From: Octopus sinensis
Lineage: Eukaryota
Reading direction: 5' to 3'
Assembly (NCBI RefSeq): GCF_006345805.1
Contig: NC_043005.1
Span: 87,296,001 to 87,360,000, forward strand
DNA: 64,000 nucleotides
The notes beneath the pieces are model-generated. The model saw only the letters and a list, made by a program, of their open reading frames with translations. It ran no database searches and was not told where the DNA came from. The position numbers and the translations under genes are program-made. How positions within the stretch are numbered: the stretch's first letter is position 1; every line of letters starts with the position of its first letter. Shown one piece after another: positions 39,016 through 51,272 of the stretch.

Positions 39016-42000
39016 TTTATGTTGACTTTTTCTGCGTCTCTCTATTTAACCTTCTCCCTTTCACTGTGTAATGTAAAACATAAATGGAGAAATGTACAGC
39101 CAACCAACGGCTATTCGTATACAAAGATAACTGTATACGAATTATTATAATTAATAACGGGAATTATAATAATTATAATAAATTAGTAGTGAATCGAATG
39201 CAAACTGGAAATCAAAACCACCCAGTAATGAGTGGAATTATCTATGTGCGGTTTCAGTTATTCAGTAGAAAGTTATTAAGATTAGATTCAAAGAAATGCA
39301 TCAACTGCAATATTTAAGAAAAAGAAAAGTGGGTATAAAAGCCAAATTGTGCTTCTTTACTTCGATTTTCGTGTTTATCCATCCTACGGTCACTAATGCT
39401 GGGTACAAAATCGAACGAGTACGAGCACCAAGACAAGTAGTCGGAATGAGGCTGCTCTGAAATATCTCCGGAGTAACGTTACTCGATGGAGAATATGTTT
39501 TGGAGATGAGGGAGACCTTCCAAGTGGAGCCCTGACTTCTTTGTACACAATTCCGGGGTGATCAGAATATCGCAAGTAGAGCCAACAGGCTGGAAACCTC
39601 GATATACAGGAAAAACAACACGGTTGGATAATACCTAAAATTTCAGTTAGCCAGGCTGAAAATTTCAGCCAAAACCTGTAATGATTGTTCCTTCTGATTG
39701 TACCCTAGGTGTGAGGTATTTCAGAACCCTACCCTGAAGATGCTTCAAGGAATTGTAGGTAAAGGAAACGAATGGCTAGTTGAATGGACATTCAAAGTGT
39801 ATGGCTGCGAACTCTGGAATTAAATTGTGTCTTGTTGCTTCGAGTATTTTTCGCTGTTTACTAAACTAATATTGGAATTTTACCGATTAATATTAGTAAA
39901 AATGTTCCAAAATAAGCAGACAAAAAATGGAATAAATAAATCTTAAGTAGAGAAGAAAAATACAATTTTATATTAATTTCAAACATTCATATTGATATTT
40001 TCTACGAAGAAAATATTTTATTAAGAAAGCATATGATGATTATAATGAAGAAGGAGGAAGGAAAAAATGAGAATGAGGATGGGGAAGAGGATGAAAGTTT
40101 GTTATTTATTTGAAGCTCTAGTAGAAATTTATGAAAATCACATACAAAATATTATCAAAGCTCGGGGCATGCAGTTAAAACACCATTACATTATGAATAT
40201 CAACTGTATTCTACACTTCACGCAAATGTACCATTGGCGGGAATGATGCTGTTGCCTTTGAGAGAAAATTTCTTCGTAGTCATGTTGTGAGACGAATGCC
40301 ATTTCACATTTCAGCAGAGACTCACGGAAACAGCACCGTATCATATATATTAAAATTTCAATCAAAGCCGTCGTCACGTGGTCTGCAATGCTCAGGAGTT
40401 TTTACCAGCCCACATTTTCTGTTGCCCAAATCCGTTGTAAATTATGCCAAACCAGGAAACGAATCGCATCCCTTGGTCCCTTATTTGCGTCCCTATCAGC
40501 ACGACTAACAATTTTCCCAGGTTAGAAGACACACTACAATATCTTTAGTATTATTCTGCTTCTCCGGGGTGTTCCTATGCTCGAGTATTACGTATTAACC
40601 TTGAATATGGAAAGCAATCAAAGATGGAGTCACAATCTTCAGCTAGCGTTATAAAACAACGTCGTGAAGAAATAGAAATTTATGCATCTCAACAGAAATA
40701 CGAAAATGTATAAAAGCTACAATCACCATAAGTCCCGCTAGTATTATATAAATATCTTAACACCATATACTTTGAAAGATCCATTAATCATCATCTTAGA
40801 TAAATGCATTGAACGGAAGAAGCACTACATCGAGTTTTATGTTCAAACTTCTAATGCATTTTGTTGCATTAAAAAATAAATCTAAAAGATATTGCGAGGA
40901 TTCTTAGCTTTAAAGCATCGTTGATTTATTAACGGAAAGCAATAGAGAATGTTAAAATTGAAACGTAGTCATCTGAAAGTTGGTTGGTTTGTTGATATAT
41001 ATCTATTGGTCAAGTAAAGTTTTGTTGTGTAAAAAAAGGAAAAAAAAAACGTTTATTGTCTTTTTATGTTTATTGCGGTTAAGATTGGTTTTTCGTAATA
41101 TATAACAATTTTTAACGGTCATGTTTGCATATTTTTTATTGTCTTACTGTTTGACTGTGATACTTTTATGACAATATTGTGAGTATTCGTTGCAAACATG
41201 ACATTCCCATTTACGGTACATCCTCCTCCCTGATGAACACTATAGAAAAAGCGCAAACCATCTGCGAGGTATCAAATAAATAAATAAACAGCTAAGATAA
41301 ATATTATTGCACAAATATCTAACTGCAGGAAATGAATAAAAACATTGTTGGCGTTTTAGGAAAAAGAAATTCATAACATTACAGACAACATGCCGAATAA
41401 GAACAGCTTTAACACCGATACAGGAACTTCGTCAAATGAACGGGTAGCTAATTCAAATCAAAGATCATCATTTATAATCATAATTTCAAAGACAAGGCCC
41501 GTGGGCATTAATATGTGGCTAAACGGACGTGGCATGGCAATAGTCTGGCCATGAGTCTTGTGCTTTCCTGATAGTATCTGTTACTCAGAGAAAATAAATG
41601 ATAGATGTATACCGTGCGACGGACAAAGGGACTGAACCTGGAACCATGTGGCTGGGATGCAAGCATCTTATGACACAGCAACATCTCTGTAAATATGAAA
41701 ATCCCTCTTCTTTGAGGCCGTATTCATTTTCCCAGAATTTAAAGCAAATACTGCCAGAAAGGGAGAGACCAATTTTCACAATTTACATTAAAATGACACA
41801 CTTCCTCGATGAGCAAACAAAAAACTGATCAACAAAGCAAATATTAAATGCAAGAAGACAGTTCCAAGAAATCTAGATTATGAGACTAAGGGAATCGCGC
41901 TACAGAAGCGATAATAGTCGGATCCCTGCTACAGCACTCATGTATTTTTTGAAGTTCACACTCAACCAATCGCACATAATTTCTTACTCCACTACTATAA

Positions 42001-42027
42001 ATTACTCATAAATTATAATGTAATAAA

Positions 42028-42119
42028 ATTGCAGCGTGGAAGGTGTTTATAAGCCATTTAAGAAACACGGTTTTTGAGTGTTTCTTAAATGGCTTATAAA
42101 CACCTTCCACGCGGCAATT
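42028..42119. repeat. Near-perfect hairpin with about 42-bp arms and a 9-nt loop
   Basis: AATTGCAGCGTGGAAGGTGTTTATAAGCCATTTAAGAAACAC-ggtttttga-GTGTTTCTTAAATGGCTTATAAACACCTTCCACGCGGCAATT, one mismatch. Confidence 0.95.
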
Positions 42120-42620
42120 GTTTTCGTTCCAGCACACGATCTCAGATCAAGTCACTCGCTATGCAATACATCTCTATAACGTAATATATATCATGTAATA
42201 TGGCTGTAGCAAAGAGACGAAGAGCAGTCGCAGGAGAGCATATTTTGCAATATAAAAATATGTGTATGCATGTATGTGTGTGTGGGGGCAAGTGTAACTT
42301 CATAACACTTTCAGCTTGATATGAGCAAGTTTCGCGAGCTTAGAGTACCAAACTGTCTTATAAGATATCAGAAGAAGAAGAATTGGTTTGTGAATAATTC
42401 AAGTTGACTTCTAGATGTTGGGCCATGTCGGAATAAAGCTATCGAAGGCCATGTGGTGATAAAGCTATCGAAGCAACACCAGTTCTTTTCTTTTCTCTCT
42501 GGTGTACAAGTTCAGAGAGGATACATTTAAGGGAGTTGTCACCACATTGGGGGGATACGTGTGCTAGGGTCTATACAGGCACAGTAGTTCATGGTTTTGA
42601 TACCCACACATTCATAGGGT

Positions 42621-42890
42621 AGGCTGTTCTCACGGGTTAGTAGCTGGGTCCCCGTTCAATGGATGCAGTATCAGACCTTACGCAGGAGGGACCTGATTTA
42701 ACGGTGTTAGACTAAAATTATGGTCAGATTTCGAACTCGGGCGGTACTGTGTTAGAGCAGGCTGTTCTCACGGGTTAATAACCGGGTCGCCGTTTACTCG
42801 ATGTAGCCGCAGACTTTACTTGGGAAGAAACATATTTGATGATGTTAGATTAAAATTAAGGCTGAATTTCTAACTCCGGCGGGGTCTCTG
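42621..42890. repeat. Two diverged tandem units of about 138 bp
   Basis: AGGCTGTTCTCACGGGTTA...GTTAGA.TAAAATTA...ATTTC.AACTC.GGCGG begins at 42621 and again at 42759. Confidence 0.8.
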
Positions 42891-42996
42891 ATTAAAATGG
42901 GCCGCGGTGTTTAAATAGCCTTACTTTGAGGGTGGAGCATCCAGGCCCAGGAGAGTGTGTCCGAATTGTCAGTTATCACGGACTTGAGCTCATTCC

Positions 42997-43242
42997 TCAT
43001 CCGTACTTATGATGGCGACAACAAGATACTTTTGTTTTTGACGGATACTGCAAGTTGATGCAGTACGCATGAACTTTTGCGGAGACGCAGTCTGCAGTAG
43101 CGATTCCAACGTGAAGAAGAACTGGGATTTCGATGATGCTGTATTTTATGTTGGGGAAGTCATTCTGATGGTCGCTGATTCTCCAACTAAAGCAGTACAA
43201 TGAAGTAGATTTTTCCCTATCCTTACTCCTGAAGTAATGCAT
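42997..43242 (-). pseudogene. Penelope-like element GIY-YIG endonuclease C-terminal remnant
   Basis: KSTSLYCFSWRISDHQNDFPNIKYSIIE, then frameshifted NRYCRLRL, then SCCRHHKY. Matches the PLE pattern STxLSxxxWxLK...IKWxI...CxLC...CRH..K. Confidence 0.7.
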
Positions 43243-43248
43243 ACGCTG

Positions 43249-43297
<49 letters not shown>

Positions 43298-43385
43298 CTG
43301 TAACTATATATATATATAAATAGTAAGGGTAAGACAACAAAAGAATGAAAGAGACCTCGATATTATGTAAATAGGCGAATTTGTT

Positions 43386-43549
43386 TGTAATATAATATGT
43401 GAAAATTATTGGGCTTCCATGATAAAACTCCGAGTTTCGGATGTCGGGGAGGAATCCAGCACCGGAATCTCTTCAGTTATCGAATTGCAGGTTTCCGCCC
43501 CGACCCCTGAAACTCGGAGTTTTATCATGGCAACCGAATAATTGTCAAC

Positions 43550-43560
<11 letters not shown>
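43386..43560. repeat. Foldback (arms about 43386-43448 / 43497-43560)
   Basis: TGTAATATAAT...CCATGATAAAACTCCGAGTTTC.G..GTCGGGG vs CCCCGAC..CTGAAACTCGGAGTTTTATCATGG...ATTATATTACA. Confidence 0.85.
43421..43481 (-). ncRNA. Type I hammerhead motif, near intact
   Basis: Minus strand GATAA-CTGAAGA-GATTCCGGTGCTGGATTCCTCCCCGACATCC-GAAAC-TCGGA-GTT-TTATC. Perfect 5-bp stem I, ACTC/GAGT stem III, GUU triplet; the base of stem II is off register by 1 nt. Confidence 0.7.
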
Positions 43561-43599
<39 letters not shown>

Positions 43600-43634
43600 A
43601 CACACACACACACAACACACACACACACACACAC

Positions 43635-43675
<41 letters not shown>

Positions 43676-44251
43676 TATATATGTTATATTTTTAGAAAAT
43701 AGAAATAATCAGTTTTTGACTGCTATTTCTAAATTTTCGGTATGTGGCTAAGCAACCCGTTGCTTACCTTATTTATTTATATTTTTGTAAAAGTTCCTAC
43801 CGATAATGGTTATATATATATATGTATGTTTACGCATGTAGATGTGTGTGTGTGTGTGTGTATGTGTGTGTGTGTGTATGTGTGTGTGTGTGTGAGAGAG
43901 AGAGAGTACATATAGATTGCGTAGTTGTAGAACTCACTTTTTCTTCCCTGGAAGCGACAGAGAGAATCTAAGAACGAAGACCACGAGCAGGAGCAGAAGG
44001 AAGAGGAGGAGGAGATGAGTAGGAGATGAGGAAGAGGAGGAGGGTGGGGTGGGATGAAGGTGAAGATGGATGGAGAAGAAGAAGAAGAACAAGAAGAAGA
44101 AGAACAAGAACAAGAAGAACAAGAAGAAGAAAAGGAGGAAATGTTTTAGAAAATATTTCTCATGCAGCAGTCTAACAATTAGTTTTGGGAAAAATCTAAG
44201 GAATAAATTGTTTGTGAAACATCTGCAAGATGTTTGTATGACTTCATACAT

Positions 44252-44332
<81 letters not shown>

Positions 44333-44337
44333 TATAA

Positions 44338-44375
<38 letters not shown>

Positions 44376-44381
44376 CATACG

Positions 44382-44413
<32 letters not shown>

Positions 44414-44416
44414 TAT

Positions 44417-44466
<50 letters not shown>

Positions 44467-44634
44467 TTATGTTGACAACCAACTGAATATACAGATGGTT
44501 GCCATGACCACTGTCTTGCGATGATACAGTGGTTTGATTTAGCTGTGTGGAGTCGATGATATTATTTATGAAAATTCTTTCTAGTTTTCAGTAAAATAAG
44601 AAAGTAAACATGCAAATGTGCATGTGTGTGTGTA

Positions 44635-44673
<39 letters not shown>

Positions 44674-44961
44674 ATGTTTGTAAAGGCATAAAAATAGGGA
44701 AGATGTGGATATAAGAAATATGCTTGCCTAGAAGTGATTAAGAGCTGGAGTGGTGGTGGTGGTGGTGGTGGTGATGGTGAGTTAGGAAGGTCTGAGTAGA
44801 ATGCAGCATTGAGATGACGCAAGAAATTAAATTTAAGGAAAAAATAATAGAGAAAAAAGGAAGAGAAGAAGGGTGAAGTGAATTTGAAAAGATGTGACGT
44901 GCAATACATAAAACGTGTTGGGAATGAAGTAGGGGTAGGTCACAATAAGAAGGGGATAGGA

Positions 44962-45500
44962 GGATTCAAATTCCGCCGAGGTCTACTTTACCTTTCATCC
45001 TTTCTAGGTCGATTAAATAAGTACCAGTTAGGCACTGGGGTCGATGCAATCAACTTAATCCGTTTGTGTGTCCTTGTTTGTCTCCTCTGTGTTTAGCCCC
45101 TTGTGGGTAGTAAAGAAATGGGTATTTCGTATGCCGCTACGTTCTGAGTTCAAATACCGGCGAGGTCGACTTTGCCTTTCATCCTTTCGGGTTCGATTAA
45201 ATAAGTACCAGTTACGCATTGGTGTCGATATACTCGACTTAATCCGTTTGTCTGTCCTTGTTTGTCTTCTCTATGTTTAGCCTCTTGTGGGCAATAAAGA
45301 AATAAGAAACCTTAGCATGCCTGGCGAAATTCTTAGCGGTATATCGTCTGTCTTTACGTTCTTAGTTAAAATTCCGTCGAGGTCGACCTCACCTTTCATC
45401 CTTTCCAGGTCGATAAGTTAAGTACCATTTACGTATTAGAGTCGATCTTATCCACACACCCACTGAACAAAAATTTCGGCCCTTATGCCTAGAATAAGAA
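44962..45500 (+). mobile_element. Tandem array of SINE family 1 (partial B unit, B unit, A-tail unit)
   Basis: Junctions AAAGAAATg|GGTATTTCG near 45120 and AAAGAAATA|AGAAAC near 45303. Confidence 0.9.
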
Positions 45501-45819
45501 AAATAAGAGAAATTTGTTTTATTTAATAGATACTTTTCTTTAGCAATATACTTTTGTATCAGCACCAAGGAATGTGATAAACGTTAAATTATAATTATCA
45601 CATTTCCTGATATTGCCTTTGGTGCTAAAGTCCATGTGTCCGTCATATGACGGATATTATATTGTCTAATCATTCTCAATAACAATTATTCTCATTCGAT
45701 CATGTCTTTTGCTTCTGCGGAATTTAGAACAGAAGAGAACAAAATCAAATTTAGGTTGAATTAAATTGAAGAGCATTCACATATAAATTGTAAAAATAAT
45801 TAATAACAGTATATGCGTC

Positions 45820-46050
45820 GTTCTCGAGCCCTGCCAGGCTCATAAGGGCCGGTTTCTTGGTTTCAGTGGTGTACATATTCCCCACCTGGATGAGACTCTG
45901 GTCCGTCAAGGATTAATTAGTTTTGTCAGCTAAGTAGACTAGAGCAAAGTGAAATGAAGGGTTTTGCTCAAGAGCAGAACGCATCGGTCGGTCTAGGAAT
46001 CGAAACCGCAATCTTAAGAGCATGAGTTCAACCCACTAAAACACTCGCCT
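45820..46050 (-). mobile_element. SINE sharing the family 3 head with a different 3' part
   Basis: GAGCAAaGTGAAATGAAG.GTTTTGCTCAAGA.CA.AACGCATCG...GGAATCGAAACC. Confidence 0.7.
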
Positions 46051-48397
46051 CTACTATAACAGCAACCTAAACAGTATTAATACCAAAAGATAACATTTAT
46101 CCCCACTTAAATGTGGATCTTGTATTGGAACACAGTATTCTGCGTTATTTATCATGAGAGAACCTTTCATATTAGCTTGTGGTGCCTATAAACACTCGTG
46201 TTTATATCGTTGGCGGGGTATAATCGCCTGCTACCAAAGATGCAACATCTAGATCTCGTACTTTCGGCCTTCTTTGACCTTGTGAATGAGAGACGTGCGC
46301 GGTTAGCCATAGCAACGCTTACCTTGCCAGTGATACACAGAGAATCTTAGTGTCTATTCAAACAGTAATGTCACGAATAGCCTTATTAAATAAATAATAG
46401 CGACACAAGCAATATTAATATCAAAAAATATTGTTTATCGGCACATAAAATTGGATGTTGTGTTAGAATAGAAAATACTGTGATGTTTATCAAAAGAGGA
46501 TCGCTCATATGTCTGATTTGCTTTAACCTGTCCACTGAATCTCTTTCATCTTAATCATCGTTTCGACTAAATATTGTTAACGAAATGATTTTGAATGTAG
46601 ATCATTGCTTATTAGTAATCCTTTGGACTAATTGAAGTTTAATCACTGACCACATTGATTAATCGCTCCGTTCTATAAGTCACTACTAATATTTACAAAA
46701 AGGATTTTAAAGCAATCTCGTATATCAGGAAACAATTTCATCTCCTTTGTATTTAGAGTTTCTCAAAATAACTATTTGCTTTCATTGACTTATACGCAAA
46801 GTATTGTTTCGCTGAAATGTCATTTTAATCATTATTCTGTTTTAATTAATCACATGACTTCATCGAGGACACAGATGCGCCTTTGACATTTTAAACCGGG
46901 TTGGGAATCCAAAAATAATTTCAACGACAAATATTGTCCGTACAGACAGACACTCACATACGCTCACACACACGCACACACACACACAGACACACACACA
47001 CACACACACACAAACGAAAGTGTATACTTTCGAATATTAATCAGAACATAGGATTTCTAAGACTTTGTTTCATAATAATTACAAAAGCAATATCGGTATA
47101 GATTCTAATCTTCTAATCTTTTCTTTTTGTCCTTCTCAATAGACACAATTTGGCTTAAGGAAACAATAGGATGGATTATTCGCCAGTGATGTATTTTATT
47201 GATTTCTATAATTTTTTGTTCTTAATCATTATTGTCCAATATACGTCACATTTTGCATTGTAAGAACAAGAAAGGCATATATTTAGATTTTATGAACAAC
47301 TATACCTTCAAAGTATGTTAGGAAAAAAATAGAGGCAATCTTTCCAAATCAGAAAGTTTCATTTGCCGACAGACAAATCTGTCATCTATAGCCTTAAGCA
47401 GCTTAAAGATAAACCCACATCATACTCTGGACACTATATCTCTCTCCTCTCTCTCTCTCCCCTTCTCCCTCTTTCCCTCTACCTTTCTTCTTTCTGTCTT
47501 ATCATGTGCAATTTTTCAAAGACCACCTAGGATTCTTTGAACTATAATAATTCTCCTTCTAGAAAGAAATCAGTCAAAATTACTGAAGCCACTTTAAATT
47601 CGCAGGGGTCTCAGAGAATTCATCGGTTCATTTGACGTTGGAAATGAAGAATCCAAAAGTTGCCTGGTTCTTGCCTTCATACGAATGAGGAAGCCAATGA
47701 AATTATCTTTACAATGAATGAAATGAGAAATAAGAAAAGTTTGTAACAATGCAGAAAGTCTTTTAAAAACCCTTATGCAAACTCCTATCATCAGAATAAT
47801 ACAGTCGAAGAAATGTGTATCTAAACAGATCCTGTCATTTTGGAAAACCCAGTGCTAGAGCTTGCAACCACAACTCCCTAAATTATGCTGCTGTTGATGT
47901 TGTAGTGGGTTGCACTGGGGTTGTTGCTGTTAAGGACGATAAAGAATGACTGTAGATTAGCAGCAGTGGTGATGAGGTCAGTTGTTCTTGGTCACCGCCA
48001 AGTAGGAAGTATTTGGTGATATATCTATACAAGCCACCGGCCCAACTCTGACCAATAATTGGTTTTGGGGTTAAGTTGTTGGATTAGTAAGGTAACCTTG
48101 ATACGGAGGTTTCCAGCATTCCTGTCCGAGGTCAAACGCTCTTCTAACTTTGTAATGTAATTTTTTGATACAAATGAAGAAATATATGTAAAAGGTGGAG
48201 TATAAAGAATAAAGAAAGACATAAATACAAAAAGAGAGAGAGATTGGGAGGGAGATTGAGAGGGAGCAAGATCGTGAGTGATAGAAATTTCGTTCACTTT
48301 GCTGTGAAAGTAGTAGGACAAAACTAGAAGTGAAATTGATCCTTCGGGTAGAAAGAAGAAAGGTCCGGGACAACGTGAAGTAAATGGAGTTTAAGTT

Positions 48398-48795
48398 GGC
48401 GCAAGTGTGGCTGTGTGGTAAGAAGTCTGCTTCCCAGCAATATGGTGCTCTTTTCAGTCCCTCTGTGTGACACCTTGGGCAAATACTTTCTACTATAGCC
48501 TCGTTCAGGTCGATTAAAGCCTTGTGAGTGGATTTGGTAGACGGAAACTGAAGGACGGCCAAGTGTGTGTGTGTGTCTTTATAGCTATTTTTTTCCCTCC
48601 AATGCTTGACAAGCGATTTTGGTGTGTTTACATCCACGTTACTTAGCGGTTTGTCAAAAGTAAACGATAAAATATATACCAGGCTTAAAAGAAATAACTA
48701 CTGTTATTGATTCATTCAACTAAATTTCTGCAAGGTGGTACTACGGCATGGCCGCAGTCTAATGACTGAAGCAAAGAAAAGATAAAACATAAAAT
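48398..48795 (+). mobile_element. SINE family 2, near full length
   Basis: GGCGCAAGTGTGGCTGTGTGGTAAGAAG head through GCATGGCCGCAGTCTAATGACTGAAgCAAA tail. Confidence 0.88.
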
Positions 48796-49259
48796 AAAGA
48801 GTAGAGGATAAATCTATAAACAAATATTCCAGGAAAAATCTATTTTGTAGACAATAATACAGAGAATGGTAGCGAGAGAATGGTAGCCATTCTCTGAGTT
48901 ATGTCAAAGACGATAATGAGGGCTAAGGTATTCAACTTCTAATTCTATTATGACAACTTACTGATTGTCCCATACTATATATATATAAATATTATTGTTT
49001 TATTATTATTAAAAATATATATATGTATATATATATAATTTTGAATTTAGCTCACAGACTCCCAATACTGCTTTTGCGAACATCCAGGGGTCCACGGACT
49101 CCAGATTGGACACCCCTGGGTTAGAATTATTCCATTGACTTAAAGTACAAAGACTAGAAATTCACATGTGGGTATACAGATATTTTTGATTCACAATAAA
49201 GAATTTTGATATTTCATCTCTGTATAGATGTTGCTTGGTTGATTGGTCGGATGATTCCT

Positions 49260-49576
49260 GTCACTCAATCGGTTACGACGACGAAGATTCCAGTTGATTC
49301 GATCAGCGGAAAGACCAGCTCGTGAAACTAACTTACTTGTGGGTGAGTGCTCCACAGACACCAGTACTCTTCACGTCGTTCTCAGGGAGATTCAGAGTGA
49401 CGGAATGTAGCAAGGCTGGCCTCTTTGCATTACACGCACAACAAATTTTTCCAGCTGAGTGAACCGGAGCAGCGTGAAATAAATTATCTTGCTCAAGGAC
49501 ACAAGGCGCTGTCGGGAATCGAACTTACAACATTATGATCATGAACCGAACACGCTAACCGGTAAGCCCTACACCT
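49260..49576 (-). mobile_element. SINE family 3, near full length
   Basis: TCGGTTACGACGACGA...GCTCAAGGACACAA...GGGAATCGAACT...CTAACC. Confidence 0.88.
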
Positions 49577-49680
49577 TTGCAGTTCGTTGATTCCTCCAGT
49601 CTCATTTTACATCGGATAGGCAGAAGAGGAGAGTAGGTAACGGGGAGATACGGAGGGAAAGAGAAAACAAAAGAGACGAA

Positions 49681-50232
49681 TGTCCTTGTTTGTCCCCTCT
49701 GTTGGTAATAAAGAAATAGGTATTTCGTCTGCCGTTACGTTCTGAGTTCAAATTCCGCCGAGGTCGACTTTGCCTTTCATCTTTTCGGGGTCGATAAATT
49801 AAGTACCAGTTACACACTGGGGTCGATTTAATCGACTTAATCCCTTTGTCTGCCCTTGTTTGTCCCCTCTATGTTTAGCCCCTTGTGGGCAATAAAGAAA
49901 TAAGAAACCTTAGCATGCCTCGCGAAATTCTTAGCAGTATATCGTCTGTCTTTACGTTCTGAGTTCAAATTCCACCGAGGTCGACATCGCCTTCCATCCT
50001 TTCGAGGTCGATAATACAGAAAATAATGTATACTGAAAATAATGTAACGATACTAATTCCAGAAGGAGGTGAGCTGGCAGAACCGTTAACACGCCGATTT
50101 CAAATTCTGTCGGGGCCGACTCTATCTTTCATCCTTTCGGTGTCGATAAGTATCAGTTAAATAATGGGATCGATATCATCGGCTTACCCCTTCCTCGAAA
50201 TTGCTGGCCCCGTATCAAAATGTGAAACCAAT
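49681..50232 (+). mobile_element. SINE family 1 cluster (B tail, B unit, truncated unit, separate degenerate copy at 50064-50232)
   Basis: Junctions AAAGAAATA|GGTATTTCG at 49718/49719 and AAAGAAATA|AGAAAC at 49902/49903. Confidence 0.88.
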
Positions 50233-51227
50233 ATTATAGTTCCATGACCACAATTTACAAGACTACAGATTCGTATAGGATACATTTTCAAGTAAACAAA
50301 TGGCTCATCATTTAGTATTTCATCGTGTTATTTTGTCATTTGACATGGGTTATAATTCCATGTAATGCTATTCACCTTATCTAGTGTTATCATACAATTC
50401 GATCAACTCTCATTATACATTTATTAAATTGCATATCATTAGACCTAATACATTCGTTCTTATTTCCAATTTGATTACGTTTAAACAAACTTTGTTTGCT
50501 TGCATGAATAAATACATAAATACATTTATAAAAGTTTATCATCTTTTTACAAAATTTCACATATATTTCACTTCAAGTTTTAAATTTTAACTCATTTCAT
50601 TTCACGTGAACCAGAATATTGAATTTCATTTCTTTTGAGGATGTCTATTGTCCTGTTAAATTTCTTTAGTATTGCTTCAAAAATCTCCATATTGTGCAAG
50701 GTCAATGCAACACAAGAGAGTTTAAGGTTTCTTCCAGACCTATCCATATTAGAAACACTCTATGAAACGTACCAGTTTTTCCTGCCCATCTTATTGCGCA
50801 TCAAATGAGGATGTTTTTTCTCGTATCATTGTAATACATTTCTTAGGAACTGTCTCTGTTTTAGAGCTTCTTTGATTCGTGGTCACATTTACAAACCCTC
50901 GTGAAGACGTTGCTTTTTGCGCATCTTGCTGTAATACTTCATCTGGGTTATTCCTTTTTCACAACCATTTCGTTTTACTACATCTTTTATTTTCAATATC
51001 TTTTAAGATTAGAAAATTACTATTTTTAAATCTCACAACGTGAGATATTCAGCAACAGTACTTTTTAGTAAAGACTGTTTGCCAACATAGCATGGCAGTC
51101 CTTGTTTAGGACTAATGTTGCTGTAATTTAGCCCCAGGGGACATCGTCTCCAGCTGGCTATACGACACGATGTGTGTCCTTATATTTTCAAACAAGGGAA
51201 TCTGGCACCCCCATTCAGCTCAAAACA

Positions 51228-51272
51228 TCTGTGTATAGCGATTTCTGGGTTATTTCTCTTCATCAGCACAGA
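51228..51272 (-). ncRNA. Minimal type I hammerhead motif with AUA triplet
   Basis: Minus strand TCTGTG-CTGATGA-AGAGAAATAACCCA-GAAAT-CGCT-ATA-CACAGA. Perfect 6-bp stem I, compensatory U15.2-A16.2 pair, weak stem II. Confidence 0.65.

Noticed and set aside
39728-39780. Hammerhead candidate CTGAAGA...GAAAC-GAAT-GGC
   Set aside because: No NUH triplet, extra nucleotides before GAAA, and unconvincing stem I.
47594-47880. Possible host exons in unique sequence (also 40186-40508 and 50640-51000)
   Set aside because: Short open frames with no recognisable protein and weak splice signals.
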